This document shows, piece by piece, positions 53,615 to 64,000 of a DNA stretch of 64,000 bases (the stretch's first letter is position 1; each line of letters starts with the position of its first letter). Position numbers and translations under genes: made by a program. Under the pieces are notes generated by a model. That model was not told where the DNA came from and did not search any database. It saw only the letters and a list, made by a program, of their open reading frames with translations. Source of the stretch: Tubulanus polymorphus (lineage: Eukaryota > Animalia > Nemertea); the NCBI RefSeq assembly GCF_964204645.1, contig NC_134025.1, forward strand, positions 20,001,101-20,065,100, in the 5' to 3' direction.

Positions 53615-54647
53615 TTTAGCGTCAATTCAAACGTGCGTATATGTGTCTAATCGTGTAGTGTCTTTCAAGGCTTTCAAAAATTTTCAGTTACGCTCATTGA
53701 AGTACGTTAATGACTTTCAGTGCCTTGAAATTGGTTATACATTTATATATGTACATATATACGACGCATACCGGTTTGTTAAAACCGGTCAAATGAATAG
53801 CGTTCCAGGAACGCGCTATTCATTGAACTGGTTTTGAAGCCAGTCTGAATTTGCAGTACGGAACAACAACAACACTACTACCGTTATACATTACCGAAAA
53901 TGATTCTTAATAAATTTTTTACTATTTCTATATATATTATGTGGAATTTATTTTTTCGTTTTTACTTCGAACCACGCAAGCTCAACTACATTCACTACAC
54001 GTGAAACAAACGAAGGCTGACCTAAGTATACATGTGACCAGTGTAATGATGGTAAGATCAATGGCACGCTCAATCTTACCCATCGGTCCATATGGTTTCC
54101 TGGCATTTAAAAGTTGGTTCGTTTGATTATCAAAACATTTGTGGCGATGCAGTATCCCATTACACATCATTAAAAGCAAATACGAAGTTACTAATCAGGC
54201 AAAGTTGACAATTACTATGGAAATTGGATTGAGGGTCCTTTGATGGTGGATTTTGTTCAGGCCACCTCTGAAAAATGTACGTCTTGGTCCCATAAACATA
54301 GTCAGAAAATACACAATGCCATCGCCCACGTTCTTTTGTATTACATTTTAGACGCCAAAGTTGGTGGTGAGTTTGGGGACTTGCCAAAAAATGTTGCTAG
54401 ATGTAATGATTAGTAATTTCACTCGACAAAATGAAATTTTACTGGTTAGTTATTTAGAACAGTCTAAACTTAGCCCATTCGAATCTAAAATCAACCCAGC
54501 TTTAACGCAATTAAGTCTGTGCTAAACTGGTTCGTCCATTTAATATGTACCAACGCACGTATCGCTAGTTCACATCAAACAACGGTTTGGTACTCATCAA
54601 CATCTGTTTTCAGACTAATGGATCCCCTTTTATCCGATTATGTAATG

Positions 54648-54900
54648 CAGTCGACTTCGCTTAATTCGTCGTCGGTTAATTCGCATAGATAATGATTATA
54701 ATTCTAATGATAATTTTACTACTAATTTGCCTACCTAATTTGTATGAACATTAAAGGTCCCTATTTTTCCTTCGTTATTCCCTTTAATTTCCATCGGATA
54801 TAGTTTGTACTTCGTCATTCGTAATTCGTAAATCGTAGCCGTAACAACGGTTCCTTTTCATAAACAATTGAAAATGCGATGCGTAATTCGTATCCCATTG
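54648..54900. mobile_element. Tc1/pogo-like MITE fragment (CAGTCGACTTCGCTTAATTCG...)
   Basis: CAGT-type terminus with repeated taattcg motifs; similar fragments at about 18577-18705 and 49030-49180. Confidence 0.45.
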
Positions 54901-55278
54901 TTACGCCTGCCGGAAAGTTCAAGTTCAAGTTCAAATTATTTTCTCGGGATGCATGACAGGCTATGTACAGAGATTGAGAGAAAAAACAAACAAACAATAA
55001 AATTGACAATGTTTTAACAAGCACAATTATAGAACGAGGGAGAAAAGTAGCTTTCAGTGTGGACCAAGCAAAGCCCAAGAAACAAAGGGAAACGAAATTT
55101 GATAAGAGTTGATAAATTTCGTAAATTTCAGGAGAGTTTATATGAGTAAGCTAGAAAGATCAGGAGAATGAGCAATTAGTAGGGTTATTACATCGATGGA
55201 TATCATTGTAGGCGGAGGTGAGATAGGATCTCACTTAACGTTTTAAATTTTGTTTGCTTGTTTGTAGGATGTAATTGG

Positions 55279-56536
55279 AACAAGGGGTCCAGGGAAACCA
55301 TGCCCACTTGGGAAGTGGTTTCAAATGCTAAACAATCTAACAATTTCAATATTCAACGCCCCTGGAGACCATATACAAAAACCAATGACCTTGAAACTCA
55401 CCAGAGTCATAGAATATGTCAGCAGCTACGATTTTGTAATTGATTGTGATAACAAAATATGCCTCGTTACCAATTTAATATGGCAAAACTAAGTTATTCT
55501 ACTACTCAACGCCCCCTGGTGATATGTGCAAAACTTGAAACTCACCACAATCATAGAACATGTCATGAACTACAACTTAGCAATTGATCATAGTAACAAA
55601 ATATGCTTAGGTACCAATCTAATAAGGAAATACTAAGTTATTCTACTATTCAACGCCCTCTGGTGACTATATAGAATAACTAATGTCCTTAAAACTCATC
55701 ACAATCATAGATGTCATGAGCTACAACTTTGCAATTGATTGTGGTAACAAAATATGCATAAGTATAAATATAATATAGAAATAAGTTATTGTATTATTCA
55801 ACGCCCCCTGGTGGCAATATACAAAAACCAATGACCTTGAAACTCACCAAAATTATAGAACACGATGTGAGCTACAACTTTCCAATTGATTGTGGTCGCA
55901 CAATATGCTTAGGTAGTAATGTGGAAAAACTTTTTCCCACCTACGAATGAGTAATGATGAGACCAAGATGGACGCCAATTGCGCTATAATTGGCTGATCA
56001 AAAATATCTGTCTCAGGTATAAAACTTCCCTTTCCAAAGAATACCCATCACAAATTACAATGGGTAATGGCAAACCATTAGGAAGCTACAGGACTCTGAA
56101 TTCAGGCCAAAATTGACATTTTTGGACACAAAAAGGTCACAGGACGGCCATCTTGAGTCCGATCGACCCAATTTTTCTTGTGCTGATGGGCCCTTGGGGG
56201 ATTCAAATATATACGAAAGATCAAGGTAATTGACTAAAGCGTCCTCAGAATTTCCCTCAAAAACTTTAAAAACGTGTAAAAAGTGCTGATTTTGGTGAAC
56301 AACAATGGCTGCCAGTCGGCCATCTTGATTCTGACAGGGCCAGTTTTTGGGCTGAAGATGTGTCTAGGGTAGATAGACCCATGTGTAACCCAAATATCAA
56401 GACATTACATTGAAGCGTCTTCAAAACTTCCCAAAATAACTGGATTCCGTCTACGGACAAACGGACGGATGGACGGACCACGGACGAAAAGTGAACGCAA
56501 TAGCCCGCTGGGAGTAAAGTTCCAAGTGGGCTAAAA
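55279..56536 (-). mobile_element. Helentron-associated non-autonomous element (HINE/DINE-1-like), copy 1
   Basis: Minus strand begins TTTTTAG.CCACTTGG, then a (GTCC)n microsatellite, about four ~150-bp tandem units, and a 3' CCCAAGTGG inverted partner plus short hairpin. Near-identical to 58647-59923. Confidence 0.8.
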
Positions 56537-57194
56537 AGGTACTTTTTGCCAGATATGCGTGGTCTAATTGAATGTTTTTTTCTGATGTTGACTAAAGGAG
56601 ACAAATTTTCCTAGATGAAGTAATTAGAAAAGTAATGTGGTGGATATTTGATGGTGTTTTGAATAAATAGTGCAGTTTAGTAGCACTGTGTGTGCAGTAT
56701 ATTCAAGAGTTGGTGATTATTCGAACAATCTTCTTTTGGGGTAAGTAGGCACTTTTGATCATAAGGGGAGTGATCCCCCGGGCTCAAGCTTCAAATGGGG
56801 ATAGAGTAGGTGTGGTAAAGAGGGAGTAAATTTTGTGTGTCTAGGATGAAGTTTTGTTTATGTGAGTGATTTTCTTGTGTAGGCTATGTCGCTGTGTTTT
56901 TCAGTTCAGATTTTCGTGTATTGCCAAACCGAGGAAATATATTTGTTTTACTCTTTCTGTGATTGGCTGGCTTATCAATTACTCGTCATTCATTGCCACT
57001 GAGCGTGCCGCGGCCAAGCGACGTATTTTGAGTCTAAACAACGAATGGCCGTGCACGCGGCGGTTCTAAAGCCAGTGGAACAATTTTAGCAGGTTTTTAT
57101 TTGTAGTTTATACGAATTAATAGATAAATCCTTAATTCTACGAATCATTAATTCATAGAAGATACGAATTACGTATAATCCGTAATCGTCTTTC

Positions 57195-57314
57195 GTACGT
57201 ACGGAGCCCCGGAGGGGGATGGTGAGAAATAAATGTATTTTTTTTTCGAACGAGTCTTTTCGTTCGAACGTAAACAAATTATTTCTCACCATGTCCCCTC
57301 CGAGGCTACGTACG
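57195..57314. mobile_element. Short palindromic MITE upstream of HAO1
   Basis: cgtacggagccccggaggggga tggtgagaaataa ... ttatttctcacca tgtcccctccgaggctacgtacg. Confidence 0.7.
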
Positions 57315-57594
57315 GTAGAAAAAAACAGTTATGTTAAAAAGTTTTATGAATTCATCTGTCGTCAGGCAGATTCTTTTTTGTTCAACACAGCATAAAAATA
57401 GGCTAGCGCCGAACGGGAACGCTGACTCCTTACTATGAACGGAGCCATCCATTGAACGCCATTGGTTTTTATTTCAACGGAACCATCCGCTATTGAGGCG
57501 AATACGAATAAGTATTGCGCAACAATTCAAAGTCAAATTCAAAATAACGTTATTTATTACAACCTTAACAGCTTAATTTCGTTTCGACGATAAG

Positions 57595-57734
57595 ATGACG
57601 GCTGCTAAGCTGGTATGTGTGGATGATTTCGAGAAAGAAGCTTTCAAAATACTCGCCCCCGCTGCTCTAGGATATTATAAAAGTGGAGCTAACGAGGAAG
57701 TTACGTTAAACAATAATATTACAGCTTTTAAACG
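57595..57734 (+). CDS. HAO1: Hydroxyacid oxidase 1 / glycolate oxidase, first coding exon only
   Basis: MTAAKLVCVDDFEKEAFKILAPAALGYYKSGANEEVTLNNNITAFKR followed by a GTAAG donor; typical N-terminus of FMN-dependent alpha-hydroxyacid oxidases. No exon 2 recognised in the window. Confidence 0.85.
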
Positions 57735-57868
57735 GTAAGACGTAACGTAAGTTAACAAAAAAGATTAGCAAGAACGAAGTGGTTATTTTACCAATGCGGC
57801 AGTAAACGCTATTTTGCCAATGGCTCTATTTAATAAGATGTACTCACAGTTGAGTTAGAGTTAACTCT

Positions 57869-58046
57869 AGGGGGGTCATTCATTTATTACGTACGCATTA
57901 GTAGGGGAGGGGGGAGGGGTAGGGGTAAGTGTAATTGTGTACTGTAATGCTTAATGTATACGAAAAAATGGCCGATTTTGCGTACAGGGGGAGAGGGGGG
58001 TTGAAAAAGTCAAATTTTATGCGTACGTAATAAATGAATGATCCCC
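57869..58046. mobile_element. MITE with about 28-bp TIRs
   Basis: ggggtcattcatttattacgtacgcat ... atgcgtacgtaataaatgaatgatcccc. Confidence 0.8.
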
Positions 58047-58051
58047 AGTGT

Positions 58052-58494
58052 GGGGTCATCCTTATTACCGAGATGACATATTTTACCGAGATGAACCGAG
58101 ACGAACCGAGATGAAATGAAATATAGCATATTTATTTATTCCTTATCGATTTTAACACTTGAAATCATGTTATATCAGTAATAAATACCTTCTAGAGTCA
58201 TATTTTACATATTTTTTTTATTTAAAAAAAATTTGACTTCAAATACGTAATCTCGGTTAGCAATAACATTTCATTGAATTTGATTGATCGACGATCTCAT
58301 CTCGGTAAAGTTAAGTTATTTTTCTACAAAAATATCCGACAAAATATGTAAAATATGACTCCAGCAGGCATTTATTACTGATATGATATGATGTCAATTG
58401 TTAAAATCGATAAGGAATAAATAAATATGTTATATTTCATTTCATCTCGGTTCATCTCGGTAAAATACGTCATCTCGGTAATAAGGATGACCGC
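58052..58494. mobile_element. Foldback MITE with about 160-bp inverted arms
   Basis: ggtcatccttattaccgagatgac...gtcatctcggtaataaggatgacc, flanked by a cagtgt(gg) direct repeat. Confidence 0.85.
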
Positions 58495-58646
58495 CAGTGT
58501 GGTCTAGTACCTAGCCGTTTAGTCTAATGTCTATTTCAACCTGACTTGAGAGCATTCTGGGTGACCTAGCTCACTAATTTTTGGTAGTACATACCGGATA
58601 AAGGTCTTAGTAGGACCAGAAAGGACAGGCATTCGACCTAAATCAT

Positions 58647-59923
58647 CATTTTTAGTCCACTTGGGACTTTAGTCCCAGCGGGCTATTGCGTTCACTTTTC
58701 GTCCGTCGTCCGTCCGTCCGTCCGTAGACGGAATCCAGTTATTTTGGGAAGTTTTGAAGACGCTTCAAGGTAATGTCTTGATATTTGGGTTACACGTGTA
58801 TCTACCCTAGACACATCTTCAGCCCAAAAACTGGTCTTGTCAGAATCAAGATGGCCGACTGGCAGCCATTGTTGTTCGTCAAAATCAGCACTTTTTAAAC
58901 ATTTTTGAACTTTTTGAGGGAAATTTTGAAGGAAATTTTGAAGACGCTTTGATCAATTACCTTGATCTTTCGGATATATGTGAATCCCCCCAGGGCCCAT
59001 CAACATAACAAAAATTGGGTCGGTCGGACTCAAGATGGCCGTCCTATGACCTGTTTAGTGCTCAAAAATGTTAATTTTGGCCCAAATTCTGAGTCCTGTA
59101 GCTTCCTACTGGTTTGCCATTTCTCATTACAATTTGTGATGGGTATTCTTTGGAAAGGGATGTTTTATACCTGAGACAGGTATTTTTCATCAGCCAATTA
59201 TGACGCAATTGGCGGCCATCTTGGTGTCACCAGTACTCATTCGTAAGTGGGAAAAAGTTTTTCCACATTATATTGATACCTAAGCGTATTTTGCTACCAC
59301 AATCAATTAGAAAGTTGTAGCTTGTTCTATGATTGTGGTGAGTTTCAAGGTAATTGGATTTCGTATATGGCCACCAGGGGGCGTTGAATAATACAATATC
59401 TTAGCATTTCTTTATTATATTGGTACCTATGCATATTTTGTAACCACAATCAATTGGAAAGTTGTAGCTCATGACATCGTCTATGATTGTTGCAAGTTTT
59501 AAGGACATAAGTTTTTCTGTATGGTCACCAGGGGGCGTTGAATAGTAGAATAACTTAGTATTTCCTTATTATATTGGTACCTAGGCATATTTTGTTACCA
59601 TGATCAATTGCAAAGTTGTAGTTCATGACATGTTCTATGATTGTGGTGAGTTTCGAGGTCATTGGGTTTTGAATATGGTCACCAGGGTGCGTTGAATAGT
59701 AGAATGACTTAGTATTTCCATATTAAATTGGTAACGAGGCATATTTTGTTATCACAATCAATTACAAAATCGTAGCTGTCGACATGTTCTATGATTGTGG
59801 TGAGTTTCAAGGTCATTGGTCTTTGTAAATGGTCACCAGGGGGCGTTGAATGTTGAAATTGTTAGATTGTTGAGCATTTGAAACCACTTCCCAAGTGGGC
59901 ATGGTGTCCCTGGACCCCTAGTT
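58647..59923 (+). mobile_element. Helentron-associated non-autonomous element (HINE-like), copy 2
   Basis: TTTTTAGTCCACTTGG start, (GTCC)n, four 154-bp units (anchors at 59368, 59522, 59676, 59830), and a CCCAAGTGG..GGACCCCTAGTT end. Confidence 0.8.
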
Positions 59924-60039
59924 TAATCCATTTGAAACCGTCTTGAAGGATATCTAAAAAGTCTTCACTGAAAGGGGTTAAATGAAGAGAAGTGACTCCA
60001 TGATTTGAAAGTTGGTTCAAGTCCAGTATAGCGTGGAAT

Positions 60040-60247
60040 AGCCACTTTATATAAGGGTGATCCACGCACATACACGGCCCCCTCGATCCCAGCCACTCTA
60101 TATAAGGGTGATCCACGCGCACACGCAGCCCCTCGATAGCAGCCACTCTATATAAGGGTAATCCACGCACACACCACCCCTCGATCCCAGCCACTTTATA
60201 TAAGGGTGATTCACGCACACACGCAGCCCCTCGAACCCAGCCACTCT
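60040..60247. repeat. Tandem array, about 50-bp unit x4
   Basis: agccactctatataagggtgatccacgcacacacgcagcccctcgatccc. Confidence 0.9.
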
Positions 60248-60289
60248 AGCCTATGTAAGATTGTGTAAACATGGTTGTAGACAAAGTAA

Positions 60290-60636
60290 AATCGGTCGAC
60301 AATCGGGGTTGTAGACATTGTCGACGAGTAAAATCGGTCGACAATCGGGGTTGTAGACATTGTCGACGAGTAGAATGGGTCGACAATCGGGGTTGTAGAC
60401 ATTGTCGACGAGTAGAATCGGACGACAATCAGGATTGCAGACATTGTCGACGAGTAGAATCAGACGACAATCGGGGTTGTAGACATTGTCGACGAGTAGA
60501 ATCGGACGACAATCGGGGTTGTAGACATTGTCGACGAGTAGAATTGGACGACATTCGGTGTTGTAGACATTGTCGACGAGTAGAATCGGACGACAATCGG
60601 GGTTGTAGACATTGTCGACGAGTAGAATCGGCCGAC
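60290..60636. repeat. Tandem array, 42-bp unit x8 with internal GTCGACAAT/ATTGTCGAC dyad
   Basis: gtcgacaatcggggttgtagacattgtcgacgagtagaatcg repeated. Confidence 0.95.
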
Positions 60637-61237
60637 ATTTAGGATTGATAGATCTCTACTTTTACCTGTTCTGGAGTTGAGCCGCACGTCCTATGGCGTA
60701 ATGTCATAAGATTCAATCAGTCCAATATTGGCGGATTAATTCCAAATACCAGTCCAATGTGATAAGTCTCTGCTGGAACTATTTAATGCTATAATGGACT
60801 TGAGCCTGAAAGTTTAACAATATGTTTCCATGCCTATGTATCAAATTTCAGTTGGTAGGCATGGAGACATATTGTTAAACTTTCAAATCATGGAGTTTCT
60901 TTTCTCTCAGGAACCCCTCTCAATGCATATTTTTTGGATATCCTTCAATACAGTTTCAAATGGATTAAAAAATGCTGTTTTAGGTCAGCTGCCAATGCAT
61001 TCTGGTCCTAATAAGACCTTTATCAGGTATGTACTACCAAAACTGACTGAGCTAGGCCACCCTGTATGCTCTCAAGTCAGGTTGAAATAGACATTAGTAC
61101 CTAGCCGTTGGCGAAAGTGCTCATATAAGGTTAATGACCTTATATAAACACCAAACATAGATTATATAACTCTGCAAAAGTTTTACTTTTTCTGAAATTT
61201 TGATGAGAATGACCAGAATTATATCACCGACTATCCA

Positions 61238-61410
61238 CTATCAGGTTTCTGATTGCCGATTGCCGACCTGAGAAATGGTCAACTATCAGGTTTCTGATTG
61301 CCGATTGCCGACCCGAGAAATGGTCGACAATCAAGTTTCTGATTGCTGATTGCCGACCCGAGAAATGGTCGACTATCAGGTTTCTGATTGCCGATTGCAG
61401 ATTGTCGACT
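61238..61410. repeat. Tandem array, 45-bp unit x about 3.7
   Basis: ctatcaggtttctgattgccgattgccgacccgagaaatggtcga at 61238, 61283, 61328, 61373. Confidence 0.9.
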
Positions 61411-62045
61411 TCTGAAAATTATTTCACGTGCCTCTTTCTATCAATCTGCGCGTATCATTACTTTTCTCAGGGAAAATGTTGGAACCAACCCGCAGATCTA
61501 CTTTTACCTGTTCTGGAGTTGAGCCGACATATTGAATTTTCACATTTTATTAATTTAGTCCGTTTTGGAAATCCCGATTGTGGCAATCAATTCAAATCAA
61601 ATCAATAAATTCTCCGGTTCGCGATTTAAATCATCAAAAATTTTATTATTAAATACGTTTTTAAAGTCAACAAGGTAACTAATTAATTAATTTTAGTACA
61701 AAGGTTTGATTTGACACTAAAATCAGTTGTTGCATTGCAATTAACAGGAGTTGTCGTTAACAGTTACTATTCTGTTAATGTGATTGCCGACCTCTTTTTA
61801 CTGGTCGACAATGTCGACTATTTTCTGTGAATGTGATTGCCGACCTGTTTTACTGGTCGACAATGTCAGCGATGATTGGTGACAAAACTTTCTACTGGTC
61901 GACATTGTCAATGCCATCCTCGCTACAATAATGAAATAACCAGGTATTTTTTCAGAATATTCTGTTTTCAATTCTAACGGAAAGAGCCTTGTAAAATTAT
62001 ATAAAATTACGTCGATTTAATTACATTAACGTTTCAAAGTTCCTT

Positions 62046-64000
62046 TCAATAAACTTCACTGTCAGCAGAGTCAGCCTGTGTCAGCAGATCCTCCAACATC
62101 TCTTTTTCATGGTGGTGCATCCTACACATAATTTTATTGGCATCGGACATCTCGGTGGTATCATAGAAATTCACTGTATATGCGTCGAATGTGCATCTGC
62201 TCCTTTTCACAAATGTGTTATCTTCTGTTAATGTGGTCTGGTGTGGCTTGAAAAAATATGTGGTGTCTTTTCCTCCTCTAGTACTCTTTAGAATCTTAAC
62301 AGTACCAAAGCCTTCTCGCTGTAGATCTTCGAGAGACGCTGAAAAATAGTTACAGTAACTTTCGTAAAGGACGTAAATTGACAAAGTAGAGTCTCTGTAA
62401 TAACAATATTTTTTTCATAATTGCGATGATATGAAATTATGATGAATCTAAAGAGCCATACTTTCAGCTAATGTGCATGGCAGTGCAACCATGCCCGAGT
62501 TTTTTCTGGAGATTCCTGATGGTTGTAGCCAGTGACGATGTTCTGAAAATCGCAGTCAGTAGTTTATCTGCGAATGACTTCGGAGCTGGTCCTTTACGCA
62601 CTGGTGCGATCACTTGGTAATCCTGGGTAGCCTATGAATATAAGTTATGATCATCACTAATTATCAATACAGCGTCGATTAGCTCCGCATGCTCATTTTT
62701 TGAATTGGAAGTAATTGATATAAGTTAACCATATAAGTTAACTATGACTCCAAGTCGAATAACGAGCGTTGATAAGCATTGATATTGACATCTGCGAATG
62801 ACTTCGGAGCTGGTCCTTTACACACTGGTGCGATCACTTGGTAATCCTGGGTAGCCTATGAATATAAGTTATGATCATCACTAATTATCAATACAGCGTC
62901 GATTAGCTCCGCTTGCTCATTTTTTGAATTGGAAGTAATTGATATAAGTTAACCATATAAGTTAACCATGACTCCAAGTCGAATAACAAGCGTTGATAAG
63001 CATTAATATTGACATCTGACAATTCTTTTGATTCAATTACTTAAACGTGGAAAGGATAATAAAAATAGGTATCAGATTTCTCAAGAAATTGAAGGATGTA
63101 TCTATATTCATGCGCTTCTTAATATTCAATGAATGTCTCTGGACCCTGGACTGTTCATTTTCATGCAATAAGTATAACTTACCTGCAGAAAAATCGGTTT
63201 TTGCACAGCCATTGTATGATATAGTTGTCTGGCTGCGTTCATACTATTTACAGCAATTACCCTCTCAAATTGGACATCATCTTGGCTCACATGAAACCGG
63301 ATAAAAAACTGCAATACATGGATGACTGCACTCAGACGTAAGATGTGAACCGTATCCTTGGATGATACCATTGGCACAACAGGCACAGTGGCCTCATCCG
63401 TTTCATCTACGAAATGTAAAACCGTGAAGTATTGCATTTGATTCTTATGACAAGGAAAAAGATTCACAAGTGTTTGAGATTATTTAAGCCTACCTTGTGA
63501 TGATCCTGATTCATAAAGGGCATTAATGTACGTCGCGAAATCATTTCTAATGCTGTCAAATTGTTTCTCAGCGATTTCATTGAGCTTCAATATTTCGCCG
63601 CCCTTGAATCTTTCGAGTTTAGATCTAGATAGTTGATCTATGTCTTTTAAATTGCTTTCCTGTAGAAATTCATAACTTACATGGCATTCGTCGACCGAGT
63701 TTATGTGAGATTTCGAGGCGACACATAAAAAGCGATCCCAAAAGCCATCGCCAGTCAAAAACACATCTTGTATTAGGCCTAATGGACCCGGTTGTATAAA
63801 TAGCGCAAAACAAAGTCCAGTTTTTGAAAAACCTCGCTCTCCAGAAGATAGACACGATGAATCTCCAGTTCCTCCCCAAACTTTATTAAGACATGATCGT
63901 TCTGCTTCACCCTTGTTCTGTTTTTGTAATTAGTAATTTTTACACCCTCGTCGGCTACTACAATTCCATAACCATTTGTTTTCTTCTGCTCGTTCTGGAT
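62046..64000 (-). pseudogene. Disrupted spliced DUF3987/YfjI-like AAA+ ATPase with probable C-terminal winged helix (5' part outside the window); exons >64000-63494, 63406-63183, 62631-62462, 62338-62046
   Basis: GIVVADE (Walker B-like), ERSCLNKVWGG, FALFIQP (sensor-I-like), GDGFWDRFL (Arg-finger-like), KDTVHILRLSAVIHVL, LEDLQREGFGTV..TYFFKP. Frameshift near 63930 and stop/indel near 62465. Confidence 0.6.
62566..63017. repeat. 224-bp near-perfect tandem duplication spanning an intron-exon boundary
   Basis: 62566-62789 is repeated at 62790-63013 with few substitutions. Confidence 0.95.

Larger units (their letters stand above)
58524..61097. mobile_element. TIR element (about 95-bp TIRs) carrying nested insertions
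   Basis: ctaatgtctatttcaacctgacttgagagcat... (58524-58620) is the reverse complement of 61001-61097. Confidence 0.8.

Noticed and set aside
53980-54390. Possible coding fragment
   Set aside because: Only a weak resemblance to a LINE 3' region, with stops in all frames; not supportable.
60290-60636. CRISPR-like appearance of the palindromic 42-bp array
   Set aside because: Units are contiguous with no unique spacers, there are no cas genes, and the context is eukaryotic.
60211-60687. Repetitive ORFs (GCRHCRRVES / STMSTTPIV) as metal-binding or mucin proteins
   Set aside because: They are translations of a 42-bp DNA tandem repeat open in several frames on both strands, with no gene structure.

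Overview
Eukaryotic, AT-rich, intron-containing DNA from a marine invertebrate, most likely a lophotrochozoan (inferred from gene content; the species cannot be determined here). I reconstructed spliced genes by hand from GT-AG boundaries and reading frame. In order: a GM2-activator/ML-domain lipid-binding gene (7.1-8.0 kb, +); an eclosion-hormone-like Cys-rich neuropeptide precursor (12.3-12.7 kb, -) with a probable non-coding first exon and CRE/CCAAT/TATA promoter near 19.4 kb; a head-to-head pair of testis-specific serine kinases (22.6-25.6 kb); a 19-exon secreted protein with 10 ShKT and 3 VWA domains (26.6-38.3 kb, -); a frameshifted rhodopsin-class GPCR pseudogene; a gustatory-receptor-like 7TM ion-channel gene; a divergent nicotinic acetylcholine receptor alpha-type subunit; and exon 1 of HAO1/glycolate oxidase. 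The presumed HAO1 intron holds nested MITEs, a Helentron-type element, several tandem arrays and a disrupted, spliced DUF3987/YfjI-like AAA+ ATPase gene. Also present are a decayed LINE, tRNA-derived SINEs, many MITEs and ultra-short CATGGAC...GTCCATG elements with 7-bp target-site duplications that look like P-superfamily excision footprints. Family calls rest on motif recognition only; no database search was run.
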